Assembly: GCA_038523235.1 (NCBI GenBank)
Contig: JBCBJQ010000021.1
Location: forward strand, 1-64,000
Direction of reading: 5' to 3'
Length of the DNA stretch: 64,000 nt
DNA from: Cyanobacteria bacterium J06626_4
GTDB taxonomy: Bacteria; Cyanobacteriota; Cyanobacteriia; Phormidesmidales; Phormidesmidaceae
Below, piece after piece: positions 10,405 through 20,689 of the stretch; the first letter of the stretch is position 1; each line of letters starts with the position of its first letter. The notes below the pieces were generated by a model. It saw only the letters and a program-made list of their open reading frames with translations. It did not search any database and was not told the DNA's origin. Both the position numbers and the translations under genes were made by a program.

Positions 10405-10992
10405 GTGCAGACACCGCCACCGTTAAGGATGACCAGTTTCTATGTCGGGGCCAATGTTGAAGTCGGGCCCGAGGTCGTCATCGCAGCGGGAACGGTGTTG
10501 GAAGCGGCCCCAGGGTCTCGTTTGATTATTGAGGCGGGGGTGTGCATTGGCGCTGGGGTCGTCATCCAAGCCTATGGCGGCGACTTACGACTGGCGGCCG
10601 GGGCCAATGTGGGCCAAGCAGTGCTGCTGTTGGGCACGGGGACGATTGGCGCACACGCCTGTATCGGGGCCGAAAGTACGCTGATTAATCCCGCTGTGGC
10701 AGCGGCGGCAGTGGTGTCGGCCCGATCGCTGATCGGCGATCGCTCTGCCGGGCAACCGGCCAGTTCGGCTGAGACCAATGGTCATGCCCCCCCGGCGGCC
10801 AGTCAAAACGGCAACACACCAACCCCCACTGCAGACCCAGAGCCCGCCGCCGACAACAACGGTCAGGCAGCTCACAATGGCAATGGCCTTGCAGCGTATG
10901 ATCCGGTTTACGGACGTGAGCAGGTGAGGCAACTGATGAAAACGCTATTTCCCCATCGCGACGCGCTGAACGTCGAAGACAATTCCGCCTGA
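10405..10992 (+). CDS. ccmN: Carboxysome assembly protein CcmN
   Basis: Hexapeptide repeats, a Pro/Ala/Asn-rich linker and C-terminal encapsulation peptide VYGREQVRQLMKTLFPH. Confidence 0.9.
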   Translation: MQTPPPLRMTSFYVGANVEVGPEVVIAAGTVLEAAPGSRLIIEAGVCIGAGVVIQAYGGDLRLAAGANVGQAVLLLGTGTIGAHACIGAESTLINPAVAAAAVVSARSLIGDRSAGQPASSAETNGHAPPAASQNGNTPTPTADPEPAADNNGQAAHNGNGLAAYDPVYGREQVRQLMKTLFPHRDALNVEDNSA

Positions 10993-11079
10993 TGTGACGA
11001 TTTTTCGGTTCTCATCGCCGCTTCCGTCAACTGTTCTTACAATGTAAACAGCGCCCGTCAACCTCTGTGAGACCCCGCC

Positions 11080-11964
11080 ATGGTGGCCAGCAATTCAAAA
11101 CTCTCCCTGTCGCAACCGTCGCCTGAAGCTCGGCGCTGGGCTTCAAAGCTGAAAGGAGCCGCGCTCGGGTTAGTCTCCACAGAAAGTTTCCCAGCGGTGG
11201 TCGGCACGGCGGATGCCATGCTCAAATCATCTGACGTTACCCTGATTGGCTATGAAAAGACGGGGGCGGGGCAGTGTACAGCGGTCGTTCGGGGCGGCGT
11301 GGCAGATGTGCGAATGGCGGTCGAAGCGGGTAGCCAAACCGCTAAACAGTTTGGGCAGTTTTTAGCCTCTTCGATCATTGCGCGACCGTTGCCCAATTTA
11401 GAAGCAGTGTTGCCGATTTGTGCGCATTTAGATGAGCTGGAACGCATTGGCAAGGGCAGAATCGGTAGCGGGGCGTTGGGCCTGCTAGAAACCCGAGGCT
11501 TTCCGGCAATGGTGGGTGCGGCGGATGCGATGACGAAGTCGGCCGAGGTGCAGGTGGTGGCGCACCAGTCGATTGGCGATGGCCTCTGTACCGTGATCAT
11601 TCGCGGGTCGCTCTCGAACGTGGCGATCGCGGTGGAAGCGGGCATGCACGAAGCCGAACGCATTGGTGAACTGCATGCTGTGATGGTGATTCCTCGACCG
11701 CTGGACGATCTGGAACATTCTCTGCCAATGGCCGAGGAAATGGCAACCGAGCAGCCGGTACGTCTGCCCATCAAGCTCGAAGAAAAAGAGAAAGAGTTGG
11801 TATCGCTGCCAGAGCCCGCTGAAGCGGAAGTGGTGCAGGAAATGGCTTTGTCGCAGCCCGAAGCCGCCGTTCAAGAACTCGCTTTACCGCAGCCTGAAGC
11901 TGAATCCCGAGCACCTCAAGTCGTGCCCCAACCGCTACCACTCGAAGAAAGCGAGTTGGATTAA
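11080..11964 (+). CDS. ccmO: Carboxysome shell tandem-BMC protein CcmO
   Basis: Two BMC domains (LGLVSTESFPAVVGTADAM; LGLLETRGFPAMVGAADAM) followed by an acidic tail. Confidence 0.93.
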   Translation: MVASNSKLSLSQPSPEARRWASKLKGAALGLVSTESFPAVVGTADAMLKSSDVTLIGYEKTGAGQCTAVVRGGVADVRMAVEAGSQTAKQFGQFLASSIIARPLPNLEAVLPICAHLDELERIGKGRIGSGALGLLETRGFPAMVGAADAMTKSAEVQVVAHQSIGDGLCTVIIRGSLSNVAIAVEAGMHEAERIGELHAVMVIPRPLDDLEHSLPMAEEMATEQPVRLPIKLEEKEKELVSLPEPAEAEVVQEMALSQPEAAVQELALPQPEAESRAPQVVPQPLPLEESELD

Positions 11965-12044
11965 CTCGTTGATGATGCCTCGACTCCAACTGGATCAGTG
12001 CAGTGAAAATGACTCGTCTGCTCCGGTTGAGTGTCGTCAAAACG

Positions 12045-12968
12045 TCAGAGGCTACTGAGAAAGTCCACAACTTTCGCCCAGACCTGATCAAGTAGCGTTG
12101 CTGCATGGGCATCGAACCAAGCAATCGGGCGTTTGCGGAACCAGGTGCGCTGACGTTTGGCGAACTGACAGGTATGTTGAACGATGCGCTGCTCTGCCTC
12201 AGCCAGAGAGTAGTCCCCAGCCAAGTAGCCCAACACTTCGCCGTAGCCCAAGGTTTGCAGCAGCGGCAAGTCCGCCCCATAGCGATCGCAGAGCATCTCC
12301 ACCTCTTGCACTAAGCCCTGCGCCAGCATATGAGCCGTGCGTTCTGCAATGCGTGTCTTCAGCACGTCGCTATCGCTATCAAGTCCTATATATAAGATCG
12401 GGTAGAGGGGCGGACGTTTACCCTGCTGACGCGAGAGCGGCTGACCAGTGACGTAGGCTACCTCTAGGGCGCGCAGGGTACGCACCGCGTCATTGGGATG
12501 AATACGATCGCCGGCAGTAGGATCAACTTGCCGCAGCATGGCATGACATTGGGGTTGACCGAGCTGACTGAGCTGCGATCGCAAGGTGGCTTGGGGCGAC
12601 ACCGGGGGGATCTGCAACCCATCCACCACCGCTGAAATGTAAAGTCCTGTGCCACCAACTAAGCAAGGCAGCCGTTCTCGACTATCGTGTAGCTGCTTGA
12701 TCAGCGTCTGGGCCTGTTGTTGATAGGCGGCCACGGTCATCGTCGTCGTGGGATGACAGATATCGATGAGATAATGGGGTGCTGGCGATCGCTCAGCGAC
12801 GGTCGGTTTGGCGGTACCAATATCAAACTCGCGATAGACCAAGCGCGAATCAGCGCTCAAAATTGAGAGCGGCAGACGCTGCGCCAGCTGCAGCGATAGG
12901 CCCGTTTTGCCCGTGGCCGTCGCGCCACCAATCACAATCAGGCAGGGGGGATGCCTCTGGCCCTGCAT
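12045..12968 (-). CDS. miaA: tRNA dimethylallyltransferase (ORF is open up to 13073; start uncertain)
   Basis: GATATGKT P-loop, SADSRLVY, DIGTAKP, VGGTGLY, FAKRQRTWF. Confidence 0.95.
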   Translation of the reverse strand: MQGQRHPPCLIVIGGATATGKTGLSLQLAQRLPLSILSADSRLVYREFDIGTAKPTVAERSPAPHYLIDICHPTTTMTVAAYQQQAQTLIKQLHDSRERLPCLVGGTGLYISAVVDGLQIPPVSPQATLRSQLSQLGQPQCHAMLRQVDPTAGDRIHPNDAVRTLRALEVAYVTGQPLSRQQGKRPPLYPILYIGLDSDSDVLKTRIAERTAHMLAQGLVQEVEMLCDRYGADLPLLQTLGYGEVLGYLAGDYSLAEAEQRIVQHTCQFAKRQRTWFRKRPIAWFDAHAATLLDQVWAKVVDFLSSL

Positions 12969-13159
12969 GTAGCGTAGAACGGATGTATTTTTTGAATATT
13001 GATTGGCGACGGCAGAAATGGGTGATGTCACCCCCCCCTCAAGCATCCTCAGAAATGGCTCTATGCCCTGCATGAGCCTGTTTGTGTTAGAATTTTAGGG
13101 TCATTTGACTTTAATGACGGCCAAAGGCGCTAGAACGCCTTTTTAGGAGTAAAAGATTT

Positions 13160-15097
13160 ATGGCGACCAATTACGGTGCTGAGCAGATTCAGGTACTAGA
13201 GGGACTAGAGCCTGTCCGCAAGCGGCCTGGCATGTATATCGGCAGCACCGGGCCGCGCGGTTTGCATCACCTAGTGTACGAGGTGGTGGATAACTCTGTC
13301 GATGAGGCGCTGGCAGGCCACTGTCGCTACATTAAAATCGACCTCAATGCCGATGGTTCGGTCACCGTTCAAGATGACGGTCGGGGCATTCCCACCGATG
13401 TGCACCCCCATACAGGCAAGTCCGCGCTAGAGACGGTGCTGACGGTGCTGCACGCGGGCGGTAAGTTTGACGGCAGCAGCTACAAAGTCTCCGGTGGCCT
13501 GCACGGGGTCGGGATCTCTGTTGTAAACGCCCTGTCCGAGTGGGTGGAAGTCACGGTGTGGCGCGATCGCAAAACCCACCTGCAGCGATTTGAGCGCGGT
13601 ATTCCTATCGGTGAACTCCAGGTCAGCCCTGCCGATAATCATCAGACAGGCACCTCTGTCACCTTTAAGCCCGATGCCACCATCTTCACGACGGTCACTG
13701 AGTTTGACTACGACACCCTGGCGGGCCGCATGCGCGAATTGGCCTACCTGAATGGGGGCGTCGACATTACCTTTACCGACAATCGCCTAGAGCTGCTCAA
13801 GGCCAGTGAACCGCGGGTGTCTCACTACCTCTACGAAGGGGGCATCAAGGAATACGTTCAATACATTAATAATGAGAAGCAGGCGCTGCACGAAGAGATT
13901 GTGTACGTGCAGGGCGAGCGGGATGGCGTTCAGGTAGAAGTGGCGCTGCAGTGGTGCATTGATGCCTACTCGGACACGCTGCTTGGCTTCGCCAACAACA
14001 TTCGCACGGTGGACGGCGGTACGCACCTAGAGGGCCTCAAGACCGTGCTCACCCGCACGTTAAACAACTTTGCCAAGAAGCGGAATAAGCGTAAAGACAA
14101 CGACTCCAACCTGAGTGGCGAAAACATTCGTGAAGGGCTGACGGCGGTGATCTCGGTGAAGGTGCCGGAGCCAGAATTTGAAGGCCAAACCAAGACGAAG
14201 CTGGGCAACACCGAAGTGCGCGGCATCGTCGATACGCTGGTGGGCGAAACCCTAACGGAATATTTGGACTTTCACCCCAGTGTCGTTGACACTATTTTAG
14301 AAAAAGCGATTCAAGCCTTTAACGCAGCGGAAGCGGCACGGCGAGCGCGGGAACTGGTGCGCCGCAAGTCGGTGCTAGAGTCTTCGACGCTGCCCGGTAA
14401 GCTGGCCGACTGTAGCAGCCGCGACCCCAGCGAGTCCGAGATTTTCATCGTGGAAGGGGACTCAGCAGGCGGCAGCGCGAAGCAGGGCCGCGATCGCCAG
14501 TTTCAGGCGATCTTGCCGCTGCGAGGCAAAATTCTCAACATTGAGAAAACTGACGACGCCAAGATTTACAAAAACACTGAGGTGCAGGCGCTGATTACCG
14601 CCCTCGGGTTGGGCATTCGGGGGGAAGAGTTCGATGAGTCGCAGCTGCGGTATCACCGCATTTGTCTGATGACTGACGCCGACGTCGATGGGGCGCACAT
14701 TCGCACCCTGCTACTGACGTTCTTCTATCGCTATCAGCGTGCCTTGATTGACCAAGGATTCGTCTACATCGCCTGTCCGCCGCTCTACAAAATTGAGCGG
14801 GGTCGCAATCACTGGTATTGCTACAGCGATCGCGAGCGGGACGCCATTCTGAATGATTTTCCTGACAATGCTAACTATGGCTTGCAGCGCTTTAAAGGTT
14901 TGGGTGAGATGATGCCCGTGCAGCTGTGGGACACCACAATGAATCCGGAAACCCGCACCTTGAAGCAGGTGGAAATTGAGGATGCGGCTGAGGCCGATCG
15001 CATCTTTACGGTGTTGATGGGCGATCGCGTTGCCCCCCGCCGCGAGTTCATCGAAACCTACGGTTCGCGCTTGGGTCTCGAAGATCTGGATATCTAA
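13160..15097 (+). CDS. gyrB: DNA gyrase subunit B
   Basis: [47 protein letters not shown]; no intein seen. Confidence 0.97.
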   Translation: MATNYGAEQIQVLEGLEPVRKRPGMYIGSTGPRGLHHLVYEVVDNSVDEALAGHCRYIKIDLNADGSVTVQDDGRGIPTDVHPHTGKSALETVLTVLHAGGKFDGSSYKVSGGLHGVGISVVNALSEWVEVTVWRDRKTHLQRFERGIPIGELQVSPADNHQTGTSVTFKPDATIFTTVTEFDYDTLAGRMRELAYLNGGVDITFTDNRLELLKASEPRVSHYLYEGGIKEYVQYINNEKQALHEEIVYVQGERDGVQVEVALQWCIDAYSDTLLGFANNIRTVDGGTHLEGLKTVLTRTLNNFAKKRNKRKDNDSNLSGENIREGLTAVISVKVPEPEFEGQTKTKLGNTEVRGIVDTLVGETLTEYLDFHPSVVDTILEKAIQAFNAAEAARRARELVRRKSVLESSTLPGKLADCSSRDPSESEIFIVEGDSAGGSAKQGRDRQFQAILPLRGKILNIEKTDDAKIYKNTEVQALITALGLGIRGEEFDESQLRYHRICLMTDADVDGAHIRTLLLTFFYRYQRALIDQGFVYIACPPLYKIERGRNHWYCYSDRERDAILNDFPDNANYGLQRFKGLGEMMPVQLWDTTMNPETRTLKQVEIEDAAEADRIFTVLMGDRVAPRREFIETYGSRLGLEDLDI

Positions 15098-15128
15098 AGG
15101 ACAAGCAGTTCACCCAATTCATCACAAC

Positions 15129-15168
15129 ACAGTTAAGGGGATGGCACAAACGTCATCCCCTTAACTGT
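15129..15168. terminator. Hairpin between convergent gyrB and potC (likely bidirectional terminator)
   Basis: Perfect 15-bp inverted repeat ACAGTTAAGGGGATG / CATCCCCTTAACTGT. Confidence 0.75.
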
Positions 15169-16023
15169 TTAGCCATCAGTCGTCGAGCCTTTATAGCGTA
15201 GATATTCACCCAACGCGGCAATCATGCCGGAGGCGAGAATCAGCAAGACGCTGAGAGCATTCATATCAGGTTTAACGCCGTTGCGAATGCGACTAAAAAT
15301 TTCTAGCGGCAGGGGATTCGCACCGCCGCCCGCCGTGAAGCTAGAGATCAGCAGATCATCCACGCTCAACACAAAAGCGAGCAGGCACCCCGCCACGATC
15401 GCGGGCATAAGCTGCGGCAGTAAGACCTGAATCAGCGCTTGAGCTGGGGTTGCGCCTAAATCAAGGGCAGCCTCTTCAAGATTGGGATCGAGGCTGCCCA
15501 AACGACTGGAAACCACCACAGCGATATAGGCCAGACAAAACACCATGTGGGCGGCAATAATCGTCCAAATGCTGAGGGGAATGGCTAAGGAAGCGAGAAA
15601 GACCAGGGTGGCGACGGCAATGGAAATATCCGGAATAATCAGCGGCAGGTAAGACACGCCCCGATAGACGCCCTTGCCCGGAAAATAGTACTTCGCTAGC
15701 CCGATCGCCATCAACGTGCCCAGCACTGACGAGATCGCCACGGCCACAATCGCCACAAACAGCGTATCCTGCAGCGCCCGGAAAATGCGCGTGTCTTGAA
15801 ACAGGCTCTCATACCATTTGAGGCTGAACCCCTGCCAGACTGACGTATAGCGAATGGAATCATTGAAGCTATACACCGTCAGCACCAAAATGGGGCCATA
15901 CATAAAGGCAAATAGGGCCGTCGTGAGCCACCCCTGCCAGGTGCGCGGTAAAGGCCAGAATGCTGGTAGATGCATAAGCCGCTCGTCCTCTCTAGGCCTC
16001 TTTGACCGAATCGCGATCGCCAT
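15169..16023 (-). CDS. potC: Spermidine/putrescine ABC transporter permease
   Basis: FMYGPILVLTVYSFN; EAA loop LEEAALDLGA; operon context. Confidence 0.88.
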   Translation of the reverse strand: MAIAIRSKRPREDERLMHLPAFWPLPRTWQGWLTTALFAFMYGPILVLTVYSFNDSIRYTSVWQGFSLKWYESLFQDTRIFRALQDTLFVAIVAVAISSVLGTLMAIGLAKYYFPGKGVYRGVSYLPLIIPDISIAVATLVFLASLAIPLSIWTIIAAHMVFCLAYIAVVVSSRLGSLDPNLEEAALDLGATPAQALIQVLLPQLMPAIVAGCLLAFVLSVDDLLISSFTAGGGANPLPLEIFSRIRNGVKPDMNALSVLLILASGMIAALGEYLRYKGSTTDG

Positions 16024-16942
16024 ACTTCAGCAGCAGCGCGATCATCATACTGACCGCTAGGATCATCACCATGCTCAACGCTGAGCCCAGACCCCAGTTG
16101 CGTGTAATGCCCAAAAACTGGTTGTAAATCAGCCGCGAAATCGTCATGCTAGAGGCCCCTCCCAGCAGCGTGGGAACGACAAAGTCGCCCATGCTGGTGA
16201 TGAAAACTAGCAAACAGCCCGCCGCAATACCCGGTAGCGTTTGGGGCACCGTCACCCGCCAAAAGGTTTGCCGGGGGGTGGCCCCCAGATCAGCCGCCGC
16301 TTCTAACAAGGAAACATCGAGCTTTTCGAGGGAGGCGTACAAAATCAGCACCATGTAGGGCAAGAAGTTGTAGGTGAGACCAATCAAGACGGCGGCGGAG
16401 CTATAGAGCCAGGCCTGCTCGGGTAGCTGCACGCCAGGCAGGCCACTGCTCAGCCAACCAATGAAACTGTTCAGCAAGCCCGAAGGGCGCAAAATACTAA
16501 TCCAGGCGTAGGCCCGCAGCAGAGAAGAAGTCCACAACGGCAAAATAAACGCCACCACCAAAAAGTTACGCCAGCGGCGCGGGGCCATTAGCGCCAGCCA
16601 ATAAGCCACCGGAAACCCCATCAGCAAACAGGCTAAGGTGGTGCCCGTGGCGTAATACAGCGATCGCCCAATCACCTGCAGATACACCGAGTCAAAGGCC
16701 GCATCAAAGGGATTAAACACCCGCGAATAGTTGCCTAAGCCATAGCCGTCGCCGCTTTCGCCGGGTCGGAGGCCGGGCACCAAACTGATATCTAAAATCA
16801 GCAGCGTCGGCAGCACCAGAAAGAGGATGAGCCAGAGCCCTGGTGGGGCCAGCAGCGTCAGCGCCCCCAGCAGGCGTTTGAATTGCTGGGTCAGTTTCAG
16901 TTGCGAGAAGCGCCAGCGCTTTGAGGTGGGAGAAGCGGTCAT
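15992..16942 (-). CDS. potB: Spermidine/putrescine ABC transporter permease
   Basis: LPLWTSSLLRAYAW; LLEAAADLGA; RNWGLGSALS. Confidence 0.88.
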   Translation of the reverse strand: MTASPTSKRWRFSQLKLTQQFKRLLGALTLLAPPGLWLILFLVLPTLLILDISLVPGLRPGESGDGYGLGNYSRVFNPFDAAFDSVYLQVIGRSLYYATGTTLACLLMGFPVAYWLALMAPRRWRNFLVVAFILPLWTSSLLRAYAWISILRPSGLLNSFIGWLSSGLPGVQLPEQAWLYSSAAVLIGLTYNFLPYMVLILYASLEKLDVSLLEAAADLGATPRQTFWRVTVPQTLPGIAAGCLLVFITSMGDFVVPTLLGGASSMTISRLIYNQFLGITRNWGLGSALSMVMILAVSMMIALLLKYGDRDSVKEA

Positions 16943-16953
16943 TGATAGGCCCC

Positions 16954-18117
16954 CTAGGCGCTCGTCACCCGCGTCCAAAACTCGTCATACAGGGCCGTGG
17001 CCTCGCCGACGGGGGCGATGCCTTCACAGCGATCGAGCACCTCTTGCGGCGGGAACAGATCGGTATTGGAGATCAGTTCGTCAGACAGGTTGTCAAAGGC
17101 CACCTTGTTGGGCGTCGCGTTAAACAACATTTCCGTGCTCATCTGCGAGATCGCCGGGTCGAGATTGAAATTGATCCACTGGTAGGCGGCATCGACGTTG
17201 GGTGCGCCTACGGGGATGATCATCGTATCGGTCCACACGGAAGAGCCACTTTCCGGGACAAAGTATTCCATCCGCTCATCTTCCAGCGTGGCGGCGATCG
17301 CATCCACTGAGTAAGCCATCACCATATTCAGGTCACCGCCAAACAGGGCGTCTTCAAACCCGAAGGACATAAAGGAAGCGATCGCGGGCTTCAGCTCAAT
17401 CAGACGGTCGAAGGCTTCTTCAATTTCGGCGGGATCAGTGGAATTGTAGGAATATCCCAACGAGCGGAGGACAGCGCCCATGGTTTCGCGGACGTCATCT
17501 AGGAGGGTGATCCGCCGTGACAGATCGCCCTGGTTTTCCCAAAGGTATTCCCAATCGGTCGGCGTACCAGAAACCGCCTCCTTGTTATAAAGCAGGCCGG
17601 TGGTGCCCCAGGCGTAGGGAATGCTGAAGGTATTGCCGGGGTCGTAGGCGGGGTCTTGCCACTTGTCGAAAATGTTGTCGAGCCCCTCAATGCGGTCTTT
17701 ATCGATGCTGGTGAGCAGGCCCAGCTCGATCATCTGCTGCACCATGTAGTCAGACGGGTAGATGACGCTGTAAGCGTCGCCACCACCGGCCTGCATTTTG
17801 GCCAGCATGGTTTCATTTGAATCATAGACGTCCACAATGACGTCGATGCCGGTTTTTTCTTTAAAGGCTTCTACCAACGCGTCGTTGGTGTAGTCGGCCC
17901 AGGTATAGACGTGCAGAACTCCCGCTTCTTCACCGCCACCGCCATCGGTGGGTGCCGCATCTGTCGCTTCGTCGGTGTCAGGCGCATCGGCAATATTTTG
18001 GCGACAGTTGGATAAGGTGACGCCCGCGATCGCGGCAGCTGACCCCTGTAAAAACCGGCGTCGGGTCGGGCCGAATTGACGAAACTGAGTGGAATAAAGC
18101 GATCGCTTCCGGGGCAC
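16954..18117 (-). CDS. potD: Polyamine ABC transporter substrate-binding lipoprotein (Tat signal)
   Basis: TRRRFL...LSNC signal; YTWADY, DSNETM, PYAWGTTG motifs. Confidence 0.9.
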   Translation of the reverse strand: MPRKRSLYSTQFRQFGPTRRRFLQGSAAAIAGVTLSNCRQNIADAPDTDEATDAAPTDGGGGEEAGVLHVYTWADYTNDALVEAFKEKTGIDVIVDVYDSNETMLAKMQAGGGDAYSVIYPSDYMVQQMIELGLLTSIDKDRIEGLDNIFDKWQDPAYDPGNTFSIPYAWGTTGLLYNKEAVSGTPTDWEYLWENQGDLSRRITLLDDVRETMGAVLRSLGYSYNSTDPAEIEEAFDRLIELKPAIASFMSFGFEDALFGGDLNMVMAYSVDAIAATLEDERMEYFVPESGSSVWTDTMIIPVGAPNVDAAYQWINFNLDPAISQMSTEMLFNATPNKVAFDNLSDELISNTDLFPPQEVLDRCEGIAPVGEATALYDEFWTRVTSA

Positions 18118-18226
18118 GGCAGGAATCCTCCTTAGTAGAATCGTGACTGCAAATCAAAGCCTATAAAACAGTGACCAACCACATTGTTCGACGAAGCACA
18201 GTTCAACTGCGATCACCCGACTTTGG

Positions 18227-19351
18227 CTAAGCCGCCAAGGCCAAACAATCACTGGGCAACCAAGAAACATAAACCGGCGTTTCTGGCGTGAGTGACTGTT
18301 CCGAGCGATTTGGCTGCATCACCGTTAGGCGTTCGCCAGTTTGCAGCTGCACCACACAGTGCAGGTGCGTTCCAAGATACATAATATGTTTAACGTAGCC
18401 AGAATAGCAGTTTCCCTCGTTCAGCGGGGCTTCCTGACTCAAGCGAATATTTTCTGGGCGCACGCTCACGACGGCAGTTTTGAGATCGGGCAAGTTGGCC
18501 TCAGACCGGTTCACTAGCACCGTTGTACCTTCTGGCGTCAAAAGCCGCAAAATCTGACTGTCGGCAAACTCTACCTCGCCCTGCAGCAGATTGGTTTCAC
18601 CAATAAAGTCGGCCACAAATGGCGTTTGAGGATAGTCGTAAATTTCGCTGGGGGTGCCGATTTGCTCAATATCGCCATCCTTCATCACGGCAATCCGATT
18701 CGAGAGCGAGAGGGCTTCTTCTTGATCGTGGGTGACCATCACAAAGGTAATGCCCAACTGCTGATGCAGATTGGTCAATTCGACCTGCATCTGCTTGCGC
18801 AGTTTCAAATCCAGTGCCCCCAAGGGTTCATCAAGCAGCATGACGGCGGGACGATTGACCAACGCCCGCGCTAGGGCTACCCGTTGCTTTTGGCCGCCCG
18901 ACAGCTGCTGCGGATAGCGATTGGCAAAGCTTTCCATTTTGACCAGCTGCAGGGCATCGGCGACGCGCTGTTCGCGTTGCGATCGCCCCATGCGCTTGAC
19001 CCGCAGGCCAAAGGCAATGTTATCTTTCACCGTCATGTGGTTAAACAGGGCATAGCTCTGAAACACGGTATTCACCGAGCGGCGATGGGCGGGCGTGTGA
19101 CTCATATTGCGCCCCTGAATTAACACCATGCCAGCGCTGGGTTGCTCAAACCCGGCAATCAACCTGAGAGTGGTGGTTTTGCCACAACCCGACGGCCCCA
19201 AAATACTAAAAAATTCGCCCTCGCGAATTTTGAGATCAATATTTTGTATGGCAGCTTCTCCACCAAAATATTTTGACACCTGCCGCAGCTCAACATCCAA
19301 AACTTGCTGAGTTTGCGGTAAAGCAATGGAAGGAGAAACTGTCTGTGACAT
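18227..19351 (-). CDS. potA: Polyamine ABC transporter ATP-binding protein
   Basis: GPSGCGKT, LSGGQKQRVALARA, LLDEPLGALD; C-terminal TOBE-like region. Confidence 0.92.
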   Translation of the reverse strand: MSQTVSPSIALPQTQQVLDVELRQVSKYFGGEAAIQNIDLKIREGEFFSILGPSGCGKTTTLRLIAGFEQPSAGMVLIQGRNMSHTPAHRRSVNTVFQSYALFNHMTVKDNIAFGLRVKRMGRSQREQRVADALQLVKMESFANRYPQQLSGGQKQRVALARALVNRPAVMLLDEPLGALDLKLRKQMQVELTNLHQQLGITFVMVTHDQEEALSLSNRIAVMKDGDIEQIGTPSEIYDYPQTPFVADFIGETNLLQGEVEFADSQILRLLTPEGTTVLVNRSEANLPDLKTAVVSVRPENIRLSQEAPLNEGNCYSGYVKHIMYLGTHLHCVVQLQTGERLTVMQPNRSEQSLTPETPVYVSWLPSDCLALAA

Positions 19352-19577
19352 GAAAGGTAATCCCCCGAATGGCAGCAGAATTGCCTAAGGACATCTCCGC
19401 CAGAAGGATGCCCGACAGATGCTTAGACAGCATCATTACATACTGACTCGCGATCGCCACAATAAATCCACCGATTTTTACGGTTTAATTGGGTTCGATG
19501 CAGCTCCTATCATCACGGCTGCTCTTGAGCCCCGCTGACTCGACTAGATCAATGGAGCGGCAACGGCAGACATAGCC

Positions 19578-19639
19578 AATCTCAATTCAGTTAATAGAGT
19601 GGAGGTCTAATCTCAATTCAGTTAATAGAGTGGAGGTCT
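19578..19639. repeat. Perfect 31-bp tandem duplication
   Basis: AATCTCAATTCAGTTAATAGAGTGGAGGTCT occurs twice, back to back. Confidence 0.95.
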
Positions 19640-19701
19640 AAACAAAGCGATTGCATGTCAAAAAGGTGCTTGAACTATTGCATTCAGCGTGATGGCTCTG
19701 C

Positions 19702-19977
19702 CGCCTAGCCCAGGTTCGTCAGCGACTCGCAATTCTCCTTGTATTACACGGGGCTTCGGGTTTGCCAGCGTTGATGATTCAGCGATCGATTGAATTGGGA
19801 GTCTGCAAATTTAATGTCAACATGGAAGTTCGACAAAAATATCTCTAATTTTGGCGAGAGTACGGCAAAACGGACTCTAAAATCGACCTCTTAGATTGTC
19901 AAAAAGCGGCCACGTCTGCCATGCAAGAGATCATTGCTCAAAAAATCAGGTTGTTCGGCAGTGCAGGCAAAGCTTAG
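19702..19977 (+). pseudogene. 3' fragment of a class II fructose/tagatose-bisphosphate aldolase with an internal stop
   Basis: Translates RLAQVRQRLAILLVLHGASGLPALMIQRSIELGVCKFNVNMEVRQKYL*FWREY...AMQEIIAQKIRLFGSAGKA*; LVLHGASG and K.NV motifs; in-frame TAA at 19846-19848; N-terminal part absent. Confidence 0.85.
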
Positions 19978-20011
19978 CCGGTGATTGAAAAGAGTCGGTA
20001 ACAAATAACCA

Positions 20012-20557
20012 ATGTCTGATGACAAACAAATCCTGGAGCAGCTTAGATTTTATGGGCTTCGTTTTCGGCTTGGTTTAGCAAACTGTTCGGAGCTTCGTCA
20101 GGTTGCAGACGCAGCATTAAATGCAGGAATCTACTCACCATCACTTGTCGATGCTGCACTAGATGTTGAGGAATGGTTATGGGAAATTGGCATAGCTTTC
20201 CAGAAAGCATTGAGCGAATTATCAATAATATTGCCTGACTCTAAAGAAGATTGCTGCTGGGCAATCCTTCGATATCACATAGAGCAGATTGCTAATCAAG
20301 AAATCGAGCCGTTTGCAGGATTGAAAGGAATAATGCAGGTTTATTATGGTTGCCAAAATCTTATTCAAAGCAACCATTATGTTGGTGATCCCCATGATAT
20401 TCATGAATTAATTGGAGCCTACTGGGGCTACGACGATTTGATGGAAGGACCTCAACAGATATTGACAGACGAGGACACCTGCTTAAAACTCGATCAAGCG
20501 GTCATGGGAATTTGTCAGGCTTGGCTCAATAAACATTCCGTATCACGCGTCGTGTGA
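20012..20557 (+). CDS. Hypothetical protein, predicted helical
   Basis: 181-aa ORF in AT-rich DNA directly after the aldolase fragment. Confidence 0.7.
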   Translation: MSDDKQILEQLRFYGLRFRLGLANCSELRQVADAALNAGIYSPSLVDAALDVEEWLWEIGIAFQKALSELSIILPDSKEDCCWAILRYHIEQIANQEIEPFAGLKGIMQVYYGCQNLIQSNHYVGDPHDIHELIGAYWGYDDLMEGPQQILTDEDTCLKLDQAVMGICQAWLNKHSVSRVV

Positions 20558-20643
20558 GCGGTTGAAAATACCCTTTACTATGGGCCAAAACAATCTAATC
20601 CGTTCCAGTTTGAGGGTCAGTAGTCAGAATTTATTTTTCATTA

Positions 20644-20689
20644 TGCACACTGGTTTGAATGCGGAATGCGGCATTCAAACCAGTGTGCA
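20644..20689. terminator. Perfect 19-bp inverted repeat overlapping the aat stop codon
   Basis: TGCACACTGGTTTGAATGC-N8-GCATTCAAACCAGTGTGCA between convergent genes. Confidence 0.65.

Noticed and set aside
19578..19639. Mini-CRISPR
   Set aside because: The two repeats abut with no spacer, so this is a simple tandem duplication
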